Shown in pieces: positions 23,780 to 36,433 of a DNA stretch of 64,000 nt. Made by a program: the position numbers and the translations under genes. A model generated the notes under the pieces. That model had not been told where the DNA came from. It searched no databases and saw only the letters and a program-made list of their open reading frames with translations. Each line of letters starts with the position of its first letter. The stretch's first letter is position 1. The DNA comes from Psammoneis japonica (lineage: Eukaryota), in NCBI GenBank assembly GCA_008632985.1, contig QPGO01000005.1:641607-705606 (forward strand). The letters run 5' to 3'.

Positions 23780-26700
23780 CGCATCAGGCCGCGGCCGGAG
23801 CGGAAGAAAGCGCGCATCAGCGATGCGAGAGTTTCGCAGGAGGAGCTCGCAAGCTCGGTGATGCGATGGTCCATTCCACCTGCCATCATTCCTTCCCTTC
23901 AACCGTCGCAGTGTCGCGATGCTGGGGACGTCTTTGGCATTGGCGGTTTGGAAACTTCATGCGTGCAATTTAGGTGCAATGTAATTTTCGCAAGTTTTTC
24001 AGAAGAAATTTCAAATTCCGTTGTGTGCTCCTCTGAGGACTCTTCTTTGCAGAGAGACGACTCTTTTTTTTTGGAGCCTCAGCCGCGACTTGAGCAACTT
24101 GGGGGCAACACTTGTCTGAGCAAGAGCCTTGTTGCAGAGCCACTGCTCCACAAAAAGCAATGATCAGCAGCAGCAGATCTGGCAACAACGCACTGTGGGG
24201 GGGGGGCAAAGAGAGACCTTTTGAAGGAGCTGAGCCACACGTGCATTTTAGAGTGTGTGACCAGCATCATCTTCTGCACCAGCAACTTGCAGTGCAGGCA
24301 GCAGCAGCCAAAAACAAACTGTGCTTTGTGCAATGGTTGACAGGGGGGGAGCAGCAAATGCAAAAGGTGTCAATTTTTTGTGGTGCTGCTTGACACACAC
24401 ACAGCCGTTTTTGACTCCTTGTCGTCAAGAAGCGATGCTTCAAGAAGTTGATGCACTTTGGTGTGAAGGCAGTTCTGCAACTGGGGAGGTGCTCACACCA
24501 ACAAACAGCACTGTGGGGCTGGTGATGCTGGTGATGCCTGCATTCCCTGACTTCAATGTGCCTCCTGCCAGACATGCTGTTGTCTTGCACAGCAGAGGGG
24601 GCAATTTTTTGTGATGCGTGCTTTGACAAATGAAGGAATTTGAGGGTGTGAGCAGAGCAGGCCCACTTTTCAATGTCCTCTTGTTTAAAAACAAGCCCAG
24701 ATGTTATTTCTCTTGCAGCAACAGCAGCAGTGCTTGCAAGGAGTCTTCACTTGAAAAGACACCAGAGTGGCTTCTCATCATGACTTGGCAGCAACCCCAA
24801 ATTCACTGGGATGGAAGAGGGGTGGGAAAGCCACAGTTGTTGCACCTTGCCAACATGAAATCACAAAAGAAATAAAAAAGCTGTGGGGGCAGGTGGAAGG
24901 TTCCTCCTGAAGGTGAGAACAACTCAGCCAGCACTGGGGTGGCATGTTTGTGACAGGAGTGCTTTTCCTGCAGAATGGCTTGGAGGGAAACACATTGGAG
25001 CATTGTCAAAGAAGTGCTTGGGATGCTCTTGTGCATGGCAGCATCCAGGTGGGACAGCAAAAAACAGAAGCCACTGCATGCACAAGAGACGTCAATGCAA
25101 AAAAGCTGAAAAACAAAGACAGCAAAAACCAAGGAAAGCAGCAGGCAAAAATTGGGTTGGAAGTGAGCACATTGCAAAGTCGCTGATCTTTCCAGTGTTC
25201 CAGCTGACAAACCCTTGTTTTTTGTCACCAGAAAAAAAAGATCGAAATGCTGCAACACACTGCCACTGCAGCATCATGGTGGAGCTGCTGATGCAAAATG
25301 CTGGCAAGCAGCTGGGACTTTCATGCTCCAGATTGTGCTCTCACACTTTTCGTGTTGCATGCAGTGGCCTCTTTGTGGTTCATTGTGAACAGCAAGAGGT
25401 CACACAACAAAAGAGTCCTTGCAAAGCTCCTTGCACTGATGCACTGATGCACTTGATGCCGGTGCCACATGTTGACAGAGCACATCTGTGCCATTGTGGA
25501 TGTTGAAAAGTGAGTGAAGTCATTGCAAAACAGAGCATGAGCAGTCACTTTCATGTTGGGCTCTCTCCGGCATCTTGTGCAGTGCTCTGTCTCTGTCTCA
25601 ACTTTGTGCTGTGCTCAAAATGACAAAAACTCAAGAGTCTGCAAGCTTTGGGTGAGAGAAGAAATGCCAGCAGGCCTGGTGGCAGCTGCCTGGTTTGATT
25701 TGCTGCAGCAAAGCTGGGTTTGTTGTTGCTTGGCTGGGGCCTCAGGGTGTGCTCTGGGGGAGACCATCCTAAATCTGCACACACCTGTTGGTGTCATGAT
25801 GGGCAGGAACACAGCAAAATCACATGGAACAAACTTCTTTGGGCCAAAACAAGAGCCGCCTCAGTTGGAAGACTGTGCTCAAAGGTGCCAGGCATGACAC
25901 GTCACTTTTTTTCATTGGCGTTGCATTTCTTGCTGAGCTCAAGAGTGAAGAGGAAGTGACTGCCATTTTCCTGCACTTTGCTGCCTGGCCACAAACAATT
26001 TTTTTTGATTTTGGCCCATTTGCAGTTTTGGAATTCACAGCTTTTGTGACTCTGATGGTGGTCAATGTGTCAAAAGCAGAAGCTCTCACATCTGTGAGAC
26101 AATGCATCTGCCATGTGTCAACTGCTGACATTCCAGTTTTTACAAAGAATGCAAAACAGCATTTTTCTCATTTTTGCCACAATTCACCATGCACAAATTG
26201 GCCAAGCAAGTGCAAAACTTTTTGCAGCAAAGCCAAGGTCAAACACTTTTATTTCAAGCAGCTGTGATGAACTCTGCATTTTTCATCCTTTCCATTTGTT
26301 TGTTCTGTGTTTGGAGCTCCTGCCACCCTTGGAGCAACCACCCAGCTCACCCAATGCATCATGTCCAAGGCCTGACTTTTGGCACCACACTCTCTCCTTG
26401 GCATGAATGATTGCCAGTTTTCAATTCCCTCTGCTTTTTGTCAAGAACTCCACTGCCAACTGCACAGTGCATCAAGCACCATCAGAGGTTTCCATTGCAC
26501 AGAGCTTGTTTTTCATTTTGTTCTCCTGGCACACTTCTCCTCAAGGTGTGTTTGGGTGTCAACCTTCACAAAGAATGAGCACAGGATTTGCTCCAACAAG
26601 ATGCAGTGTCACTGCCACCCAACATGCGCCATTGTCCACCCTCCTCTTTGGACTCAAGAGCAACTTCTCTGCAACTTCAGCTGCAGCTTGCTTGAGTGGC

Positions 26701-29700
26701 CTCCTGTTGGGTTGGAAGAGCACACTTTTCATTGCAACAGGGCACATTTGACTCATCCAATCTAGTTTTGTTGCTCACAAAGTCTCACAATGCAGCACCC
26801 TTCTTGGCCAAGCATGACATCTTTGTTCCAACAAAAGGACACAGTGTTTCCCCACCTCAAGAGGAGCACAACAGCTCCAGAACACAGTGGCTGGCATCCA
26901 CCATCATTGCAACAACTGGTTGCTGGTTGCTCTCTCAATTGTTGTGGGCACATTGTGCTGCAGTGGGTGAAAGACATGTTTCTCATCATCTGGCAAAGAA
27001 TGAACAAGGTTGGCTGTTGGTGCAAAAAAAAACAGCACATGACTCCAAAGATCTGCTTGCCACAACAATGACCCAAAGGACAATGTGTTGAGAAGAGGTT
27101 GTGGCTTGCAACAAGAATGAAAAAAATGAAAAAGGTTCTTCAGTGCCCTTGCAGAAGCTGCGCCAACACAGCATCTCAGCAAGAAACACAGAAAGCAAGC
27201 AACGCCTTTTCTTGGCTGGCATCACAAAGCTGTCACACAGACAAAATCAGCTCCTGCCACTTGCTCACAAGCAAAATGGACATGATTGCAAAATTCTGGG
27301 GCAAATGAGCAATCCAGCAACATCCTTGCCACATGACATGTTGCAACAACTTCCTCAAAACAACAAGAAGAGGAGGATTGACTCTGTCAGATGCAGCAAA
27401 CATGTGGAAGGGCCAAAAAATTGGAGAGAGGGCAGCCACTGCTGTTGCCCTTGTCAAGCTCCTAGGAAAGCAGCGGTCACTGTCACAAACACACCCACCA
27501 CACAAGAGCTGCCATTTTTGTGGCATCTTCTCTGTGCTGTCATCAGACTTGTTGTCTGAGTCATCACCCATGCCACCATTGCCACATTCGAGTCATGATC
27601 ACCAGAGCCATTCTTGCCCAAGTCATCCTCCAAATGCCGCCATGATTGTCCAGGTTGTCACCCAAATCTCATTGCACAAAGTGAGATGTCTGATCATTTT
27701 GCAGTGGCACCCACACCCTCCTTCTTTGCTGCTGCTGTGTCTGCAGATGATGCATCTTGTCTGGCACATCTGCAAAAACAGAGGAGTTGTCACCATGGGG
27801 GGCCAGAACTCTGGCGAACCTTTGTCAGGGGACATGGAAAAATGGCACTGCATCCAGATTGATCTTCAAACTTGTTGTTGCCCAACAAACCAATTTTTGA
27901 TGCAGCAGCTGCCTTTGCTGACATTTTAATGTGCAACGTTGTGGCTGGGAGAAAAACAGGAGAGCGCCATTGTGTGTCACTGGGGAAACTGCAAAAAGCA
28001 GTTTTGGTCATTTCAAAGAGGTTTGAGCCATGTTGTTTTGAGTCAAACCCAACTTTGACTCAAACTTGTGGACACATGTGTGAGATGCATGTCCACCACA
28101 ACAACAGATTTGGGAAATTGGCAGGTTGTGCATGTTGCATGTGAGAGTCATGCAACCACACTGCTGGCCAGCCTCAACAGGCAAATTTCTGAGCCAGCAC
28201 ACAATTGTTCCTTGAAAGCTGTCCAAGTGGAGACAGCACTGAGAAGCATGTGCAGCAGCAGCAGCAGGCAAATGACACCTGTTGCTTGAAAACAGAGTCC
28301 AGACTGGGACAGCAGAGTCCAGCAGATTTCCACATGACAACTTGGGTGTCACTGTGGATGACACACAGGAGCCCGCAGCGAAGTTGCGGAACCTGCCCCA
28401 TGTGGACAATGTGAAAAACCCAAACTGTTCACATTGTCTTTCCCTCAGATGACACCTGCCATGAAATTCTCTGGTTGGAACTTGTGCTTGGCACAGCATT
28501 TTTTTGGCATCATGCACCCAGCTCAGGTTTCAGCACACACCCATTGTGGTGTTTTGTCCTGTGCCATGGCAGCAATTGAGGGCTCTTGACTGGCAATGAC
28601 GCTGATGATGATTTCCCCCAATGAGTGCACCACACACATTGTGCAAGGAAGTGCAGAGCACACTTTGCAAAATTCCATGGCACTTGGGCATGTTCCCAAA
28701 AAACAGCAAGCACTTTGTTGCTTCATTGCCTCTGGCTGTGGCAATGGTGCCACTGGGCTTTGAAACAGCCACCACATGAAAACCAACCACCATGCTTTTC
28801 TCATGACAAAGCAGCTGGGTTTGTGGGTGGCTGCCCTGGTCAAGAAGAGAGCTTCTGGTGGCATCATGTGGCCGGTGCTCAAAGACTGCTCATTTGGTGC
28901 TGACTTTTGGCGCTGACTTTTCCTTGCTGGGTGACCCTCAAAAGATGACTCTGTTTTTACAAAGAATGCAAAATGCCCCAAATTCTTGACTCCTCATGTG
29001 TCACTCAAGGTGAGTGCAAACTGAAAGCAGAGCTCCACAAGCAGGACAACACCCAGATCATTGAGATGCTGCCCACCTTCCTGAGCCAGTCGGGCAGCCC
29101 TCTTTGGCCCAAGCACGTGCCCCCCACTGGAGATTGTGCCTGATGCCAGCACTGCAATGGGGGTTCTGTTGGTGGTGTCCAACAATGTGCTGTTGAGGTT
29201 CCTGTGGTTTCAAATCAGCCTCTCACTTGCAGTCCCCACATGTGTTTCTACATGCATCCTGGCATTGATGTCGCCCTTCTCAGACGGTGTGTGTTTGGGT
29301 CTGCCAAGCCCAACTCGACTGCTTTCATTGATGGCACAATCTCATTTTGTCATGTCAAGCAACAATCTTCAGTGGAAAACAACAGGCATCAATGCCTTTT
29401 GGTTTGCATGCTCATTGCTCTGGTCAGCAATGTTTCTCAGCCTCAGTGAAATCTCTGCACAGGTTCCAGCACAAATTTTGTGCACTTCAGACATCTGCTC
29501 CAATGACTGCTTTGTCAACTCTCTGACCTGTCTCCATCTGCACCTGTCAGTTTTCAACAAACTTCTTTCTCTCAAAGGGCCAATCAAGTTCTTCTTTGGG
29601 GTGCTCATCTGTTGTTGAATTTTTCTCCCTGTGCAACCATCCTTTGCTTTGGTGGAGTGTCCATTGTGGCTCCAGCTCAAAAAGCACAGTGAGCTCTGTC

Positions 29701-30010
29701 AAGTCATTTCTCTGTTGCAAGTTGTTTCGGTGGGGCGCTGTCTTCTGGCAATGCCCATCTCAGCTGGTCATTGTTCTCTCCTGTCTAACTTGACTGTGTG
29801 CTGGGGAGTGTGGGTTGGCCGACGTCAGCATGGCCGGCAAAGAAGGAGTGACAGCACTTTAAAAACAGGTCTGTTTTTTTCTTTGCTGTTGTTGAGGTTC
29901 CTGAAGCGCCTCTTGTTGAGGCCAGCCCTCCTGAAGATTTTTCTGCTGGCAAAGTTGTGATGTGGGTGAAGAGATGCTCTTCACGGAGGAGAGTGTTCTC
30001 GCTCCTTTTG
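23780..30010. other. TpA- and CpG-depleted hypermutated domain 2 (unrecognisable relic, probably a repeat or TE)
   Basis: Only roughly 15-20 TA dinucleotides seen by eye in ~6 kb, and CG is also rare. Saturated with TG/CA. Dozens of overlapping Cys/His/Gln-rich ORFs nearly free of Tyr. Confidence 0.9.
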
Positions 30011-30042
30011 CCAGTTACCGCATCCTCCTGGGATGGAATCTG

Positions 30043-30157
30043 TCGGAAAGGCTTCGATCTACGCGAAAAACAACTCGCTCATCCCGACAGAACACAGAAC
30101 AATGACACAGACAAAGCAATCTTCTTTCTCACCGATCTCGGAAAGGCTTCGATCTAC
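30043..30157 (+). repeat. 20-bp direct repeat at the domain 2 boundary
   Basis: tcggaaaggcttcgatctac at 30043-30062 and 30138-30157. Confidence 0.85.
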
Positions 30158-30201
30158 TTTTTTTTTAATTTTCTAATGTTTACCATGTGGTGCTTCCACC
30201 T

Positions 30202-33200
30202 TCACGAAACTCTTGCGATTGGCAACTGGACGAAATCCCCAGTCACCAACACAAGGACCAGAACAACGGTGAATGATGACGGCATGTGCGACTGTGAGCC
30301 GCTGTCTGATGGCTCCGGAGTCGGGTGTCTCGTAGTGGGAGGAAAAGCAGATGGAGCCAGTGTAGTAGGATGTAGTGTTGGAAATTCTCTACGCTCGAGC
30401 AGCAAACTGAAAGCGCCGGTTTGCGTTGTTTGGCCTTGGACAAGGATTCTAACGGAGTCGAGGTCTCTGCCCCAAGCAAACTCGCCAGTCTCGTTAGAAT
30501 GCCCAACGCACTGGAGGCTTTTGCAATTAACATAATCTGAATCCTGAAAAACTGTTAAGGTGGCGTCAAAGCCTGTGTCTAATGGCATCAAGGTCAATTG
30601 ACAGCCCCAACATCGCGCGCTATACCAGACACCGGGCGACTCGGGGTTTTGACCGCAGTCCTGAAGAGATTGGAGCTCGGCGGAGGCCTGATTACTCGAT
30701 CCTTGTACGACTGTACCTACTTCGAGACTTTCTGCATTCTCACAGTCATCATGAGGCGGAAGTATTGCACGAACCGAGATGGCAAAGTCTCGATACCATG
30801 AGTGAGGATGGTCGGCAAACACAAAGACATGGTACACTTCGCCAAGCACCGAAAACCATTGTTCGGAAGGATTACCAGCAGAATGTGTGCACCGGGTTTC
30901 GTCTAGGGCATCGCAGCTCCCTGAAAATACTTTCAATGCCATCCCCTCGTCCCTCCGGCTCGTGGCAGGGGGAAATGATACCTCGAGGTACTTGCCCTGG
31001 CCGACAACAGTGTACCAGACACCTGGCCTCTGGAATTTGCTGCCACATTCTTTGGCCTCAACCATGGAAGCGTTGACAGTCGTTCCAGATAAGGGCTGCC
31101 CATCAACCATGAGTGACCTAGCGAAATTACAATCATTGTTTTCGGGCGGATCTAGATCCAAGACAGCGAATTCGAAAGGACCCTCACCACCAACGCGGAT
31201 CTGATAATTTTCTTGTGCCTCGGAAAACCATAGAATAGATTCACCATGTGGATGTTGGCAATCAAGTGGCATATTGTACTCACCAACTTTCCTCATTTGA
31301 GAAGAGCACTCGCCGGCGAACACCATGAGATTAGTCCAGAGAACGGCTCAGTGTTCTCCAAGCAAGTTGTGGCGACAAGTGCGCTCCCCGATCCTTCGGT
31401 TCGAAACCATACATCGGTGTAATCTTGATCGAATGCATTTTGAAAAGAGTATCGAGTGAAAGTTGCATTTTCCATCGAACAATTGACCTCCGTTTCACCG
31501 GGCTCAACAACGATGGCATCTTCGCACATGTCGTTTGATGGAGTTGCGAAGCGCTCCAACTTCAAACTAAACGCAGCAGGAAACCCCTCAACAACCAGAT
31601 AATATGTCTCATTTGCTCTTGCATGCCATGAGATGCTTGAAATTTCTGCATTTGTACTATGATGCGTTTGCGGAAAAATCTCACGGCAGTTCCCTGTAAA
31701 AAGGAAGATCCCTTGGAAATCGTTATCCTGTGTCAGCCACACCGAAGCACTCAGTCCTGTAGAGATAGATTCCTTCACGGTATACCAGAGAGAATGTCTG
31801 AGACTAAGATCGGATAGTCCTGGTTCATCAAGCATGTCGTGCGTCGCCCCGATGGTACTGCCGGTGACAATTGAACCGTCGGTAGGAAGCGGTCCTACTG
31901 CTCCAGAGCATTTGTCGTTCGTTGGCGGATGGGCCTCACTCAGAGTCAACGAAAAGTCCCCAGAGCCTATGGCCCCAAGATGGTTTCTCACAAGAACATG
32001 GTAAGTCTGGTTGGCCACTGATTCCCACGCAAAGCCAGCGCTCCACCGGTTGTCGCCGAAACTGTTCTGAATACATGTCGGATCACTGCAACCCCCCGAG
32101 AGAATCGTTGGCCACGGTTCAAATGCTGTCTCTGTTGAATTTACTGTCGCGACGTAGCGTGCCCCCGACCCCACAACACTGTACCATACACCAGGAGAAG
32201 ATTCTGCACTTCGAAATGGACAGTAAACAATGTCAACAGAAGCAAACTTTGTCGACCCACTAATTGACTCTCCAGCTGCAACTATAGGTATGGCGCTTTG
32301 ACAATTGTCATTTAAAGGCTTTTCAAATGACACGGCATGGATTTCAAAGGATCCATACCTCTTGTGCGAGTCTGGAAAGTGCCCTTGGACTCTCACATAG
32401 TAACGCTCTCCCATGGTGCTATTCCAGGTTGCAATCGCAGAGCCTTCGGAGGCTAGGCAATGATAATCACGACTGGCGCTTGTATAACCGGTCACACACA
32501 TGAGTTTAGCACCTTGACAGCTACCAGAGTAAACGGACAGTGCTGTGTTAAAGTCCGTAGCTTCTGAGCAAGTTGACACAGATACGCCTGAACCTGTTCC
32601 AACTATTTCGTACCAGACCGATGGGGTGGTTGCCTCAAAGCCACAGGGCTGAAGAGTTTCAATTGTAGAGTTCCAAGTAGAACCAGGCAAAACGGTGCCA
32701 TCTGTAGGGAGAATTGTGGCTGTTATGCACTCATGGTTGACAGGGGGCTCGAGAGCTTCGACTGTCAGCACAAAATCTCCGGGCTCTTCACTTTGCACGA
32801 GAAGTGTGTACGGCTTCTCCGGAACTGAGAAAAAAGTCTGAGATGCCCTCCACTGTTCTGGGCAGCTACGATCGACAAAGCCATCAACGCAAGACAAGTC
32901 TTGGCAGTCATCTCCCGTGTACACTTCAACTCTATGGGATGACTCGCTCAGATCGTGGCGGCACATGGACGCTTGATATGTACGGCCGTCTCCCATGAGT
33001 CGGAACCAAACATCAGGAGAGCCATCTGGGCGTCCACAAAAAAGACCAACAAGTCCACCCTCAAAAACGTGTGGTCCTCCCATTTTCGTAACATAGTCGA
33101 CGGTAGCACCGCGGGTAGACCAATTAGTTGAGACAATGCTCGAGACGTCTTGAATCATTGTCGCTTCCGGACAAAGATCATTCTGCTGGAGAGAAAATGA

Positions 33201-33787
33201 AGTAAGAGTGAATTCCAAGTCAGGATAGATTGATCGAGACTCTGAAAGTATGGCAATATAATAGACTTGTCCCTCAACAGTTCGAAACTTGTGCGGATTG
33301 CCTTGTGACCAGTAGCACCACGGTTGTCTCGCATCGTCACAGGAGGAGCCTTCAAGTACCAGCACCTCATAAATACTAGTAAAGTCGGACATAGGCCTGG
33401 ATCAGATCCTGGAATACAAAGACTGGCATCGATGCCATCTCCAGTACCGACAAGTTCATAAAAGACAGCACGTCGACCTTCTCGTAAGCAGTCCACATTG
33501 TCAGCAACCATAGCTCCTTGCATGGAACCCACCGAAACGACGGAAGAGCCTGCTGCTGGCTGTTGTAATTCAATCGCTCTGTCACAAGCATCGTGCAAGA
33601 GGCGACGCAAGGAGCGCTGGTGATCCGAATCGTTGCTGTGCGTAAAAAGCTTTATCCACGAAAGTGACGAGAACAAAAGCAAAAGAAAGGCCAGGCTTGT
33701 CTTTCCACCCCTCTTCCGAATATGATCGCTCTGCTCTTCTGTCATACCCCCAATGTTGCTAAGTAAACTTTTTGGTTTCTGTGTCAT
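30202..33787 (-). CDS. large extracellular/surface protein with eight ~125-aa (P.ND.C..A ... W[YF]) repeats; frameshifted as assembled
   Basis: N-terminal hydrophobic segment followed by RSL/RRL. Repeat starts HDACDRA, NDLCPEA, NHECITA, NDNCQSA, NDKCSGA, NDMCEDA, NNDCNFA and HDDCENA. Pro/Thr stalk and hydrophobic C-terminus. 1-nt frame breaks at ~33393 and ~31327. Confidence 0.75.
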
Positions 33788-34267
33788 TATTGATTGGTCT
33801 TTTGTTCATTCTTACGTGTTTTTGATGATGCGTTGAATCGGATGGGTGCGGTGAACGAGAACCCGCTTGATCGTGGGAAACATTCACATGGTGACGCCCG
33901 CTCATTCAATCACGCTTTGATCTCCAGCAATGATCTACTATCGCCCCGTTGAATTTTTAATTCGACTACAGCAGCCTCTTTCGTGCGTTTATCCTTTCGG
34001 CGTGCTCATAATTGCAATGGTCCGATGAGTGACACTGCGACATATCCTTAATCTCCCAACTCCCAACTAACGCATGACGACGACTCCGGGAGAGAGCTGA
34101 GTCGTGATGCGCCACCTTCTTACGCAGCAAACAGTATATACGTACGTACGTGGCCACGTAGACGCGGGACTCAACTCCCGCCACTCTTCGCCACACGACA
34201 ACATAAAAGCGGAGCGAACCAATTCTCCTTCCATTTCACTCTTTCCACAGCGATTGCTGCCCTCTTT

Positions 34268-35300
34268 GTGATTCTCTTGTTGCTCTCCGAGTCGTCTCTT
34301 TGGTGGAGTTTGTCTTTTGAGTTGCTCCTCTTCGTCGTCTGCTGGATTCTTTTGTTGTCTCGCGATGAAGCAAGCTGCAAAAAGAGACGCTTGTGCTGCC
34401 GCTGTACGGTAGCTGCGAGTACAGCGGCGTCATCATCTACCTCCACAAGCTTCAAGCCATCTTCTGTTATCTCTGGAATAGTTTTCAACAAAAGCGCTTG
34501 TTCAGAGAAACGGGAAGAATCGAGAGATATCGAGAAAGCCGTACCAACGACATTAATCACTTCAACCCGAGGAGGCGAAACAAATTCAGAAGAGGATCAA
34601 TCACCAACGACGCGGTCTGAGACCGTGAAAACACCAAAGAAGAAAAAGAAGCACGCGAGGAAAAAGATTGGAAACAGGAAAAGCATGACATGCATGAAGA
34701 AGAGACCTCCACAGCAAAGGATGATAATTCCCATGACAATCATCACCGGAAACATCACCAAAAGCAAAAGGACGAATCTGTCGAATCATCGGCTCACCAT
34801 CACCATAATCTGCACAAGGCTCATCAAGACAGGGTGTCAATGATATTCTGAATTCAGACGACTATTATACCATCTTGGGTGAGACGCTGTGTACTGACTC
34901 ATCCGGACAAAATATCTTCAGGAGATCGTAAGGCGTTCGTCAGGTTGCTGAACGAAAACTGTACAATCTTTATGGAATGGCTGGAATTGACGGAGGTGCT
35001 GAAGAAGGTGGCGCCGCGTCATCTTTCTCGCAAGACTTGTTTCGCTCCTTGTTTGGAGGTGATCCGTCGCCGAGACGATACCAACCTCGTTATCGTATTG
35101 TTCGCTATCAATTGGAAGTGTCACTCGAGGACTTGTACAATGGCGTTACAAGGTCGGTCATTGTGAAACGCCTGGGGGAAGTACCCCTCACGAGGGTAAG
35201 AGAGTATTCCAAATCTGCTCATGTTGTGCACCGTGTTTGACTTGCTCATTGGCGGGCCGAGTCAACATGGGATGAGATCGAGGCTTGCGATACGATGAAA
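34268..35300 (+). pseudogene. DnaJ/Hsp40 pseudogene with internal deletions
   Basis: DDYYTILG, LTHPDK, KLYNLYGMAGIDGG, DLFRSLFGG and YQLEVSLEDLYNG are present in shifting frames. Most of J-domain helices II and III is missing and the gene is truncated at ~35300. Confidence 0.75.
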
Positions 35301-36030
35301 GTGACAAATGAAACGTGTCTCGCGAGCATCCTCATCAGCGTCCTCCAGGGAAGAGGCTAGTCTATACCGAACGGTGGCGTTGGACCACAGTTTGTCTGGT
35401 GCCATTTGTCGCACTTCTGCTTCCGTTTGATTGGAACACTCTGCATTAGTGTGACTTGCGGTTCTAAATTGTCTAAATCTTGAACAAAGTCCTTGGCCCC
35501 CGACCGGCATTTTCGCTTATTGTGTGCCACAAATTCAATGTAAGTCGCATCTGCATTGGGGAAGACGTCATGAATCATCCAGGGCAAGAAAGGATCAGCG
35601 TCCACTGACACTCGTATCGAAGGGGATAGAGCGATTTCATAGTTTGACCGACGTTTGATCCAAACTTGGACAGCAGGTAGGTGGAGTGAGTGGTCGACTG
35701 GAAGATTGTTCGCGAGATTGGAACAGGTATTGGCGTTGCTGTAAGTGTACTGGCGTAACGCTTCAGACCCATGTAGGATGTAGTGGTAACAATGGAAGCT
35801 CCGTTTCGTTAGTCACAGTAGGGAGTGGCGGTTCAACGTAGGCTGTAAAGTGGGAGCGACGATCTGTTGGTGGTGCGAAGTAAGTATCTCGAGCCGAGCC
35901 GAACCTCATCCTGCAGCCTCTCAGCTCTACTACTTGAGTCACCTGCCAATACAAAGTTGGACTTTTCAACCCGATCTTGCCCAGCGAGAACTTGCATTTA
36001 CGTTTGCGTCTTTGAAAGTTCATGCCCCTT
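35285..36030 (-). pseudogene. truncated, frameshifted fragment of a secreted diatom-type protein (possibly GT92/DUF23-associated N-terminus)
   Basis: DPFLPWMIHDVFP..IEFVAHNKRKC..LEPQVTLMQSVP and RYRLASSLEDADEDARETRFICHFH in different frames. The family assignment is from recollection only. Confidence 0.4.
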
Positions 36031-36433
36031 GACGATGCATGATGTGAGATTGTACGCCCTAATTATAGTCATGATCCGACACGGCTCCTTGCTTCTATCT
36101 GCAGCAACACGACGGCGGCCGCGGTCATGGTGCTGGTTCTGATGCAATTTTCTTTTTTCTGAAGTAAAAATGAAAGAAAATAAATAAATTGTCTTTTATA
36201 GACGTGACGTCATTTATTTGTGCGATTTTGCCTCAACTTTTGAAATTTGACTTTCCCATTTTCGAAAATCCAAGCACAGCGAGAACCTCCCGCACCCGAG
36301 CAGCTCACCAAACTGCAGCTCTTGCAATGGCGGGTACCACAAGGCTTTACAATGTCTACGATACTTAGACCTCATCGGCTCTTGACGCATTGCGCCCTGT
36401 AGACAAGGACTTCTCGGCTTTTCCATAAGCCTG

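Noticed and set aside
28440..28570. Possible Ty1/copia integrase remnant (DAKKMLCQAQVP)
   Set aside because: The resemblance is short and no other copia motif was recognisable, so the element family cannot be assigned.
24000..29960. Dozens of Cys/His-rich ORFs suggesting metal-binding or zinc-finger proteins
   Set aside because: They occur equally in all six frames, lack Tyr, and are explained by TG/CA saturation and loss of TAA/TAG stops.
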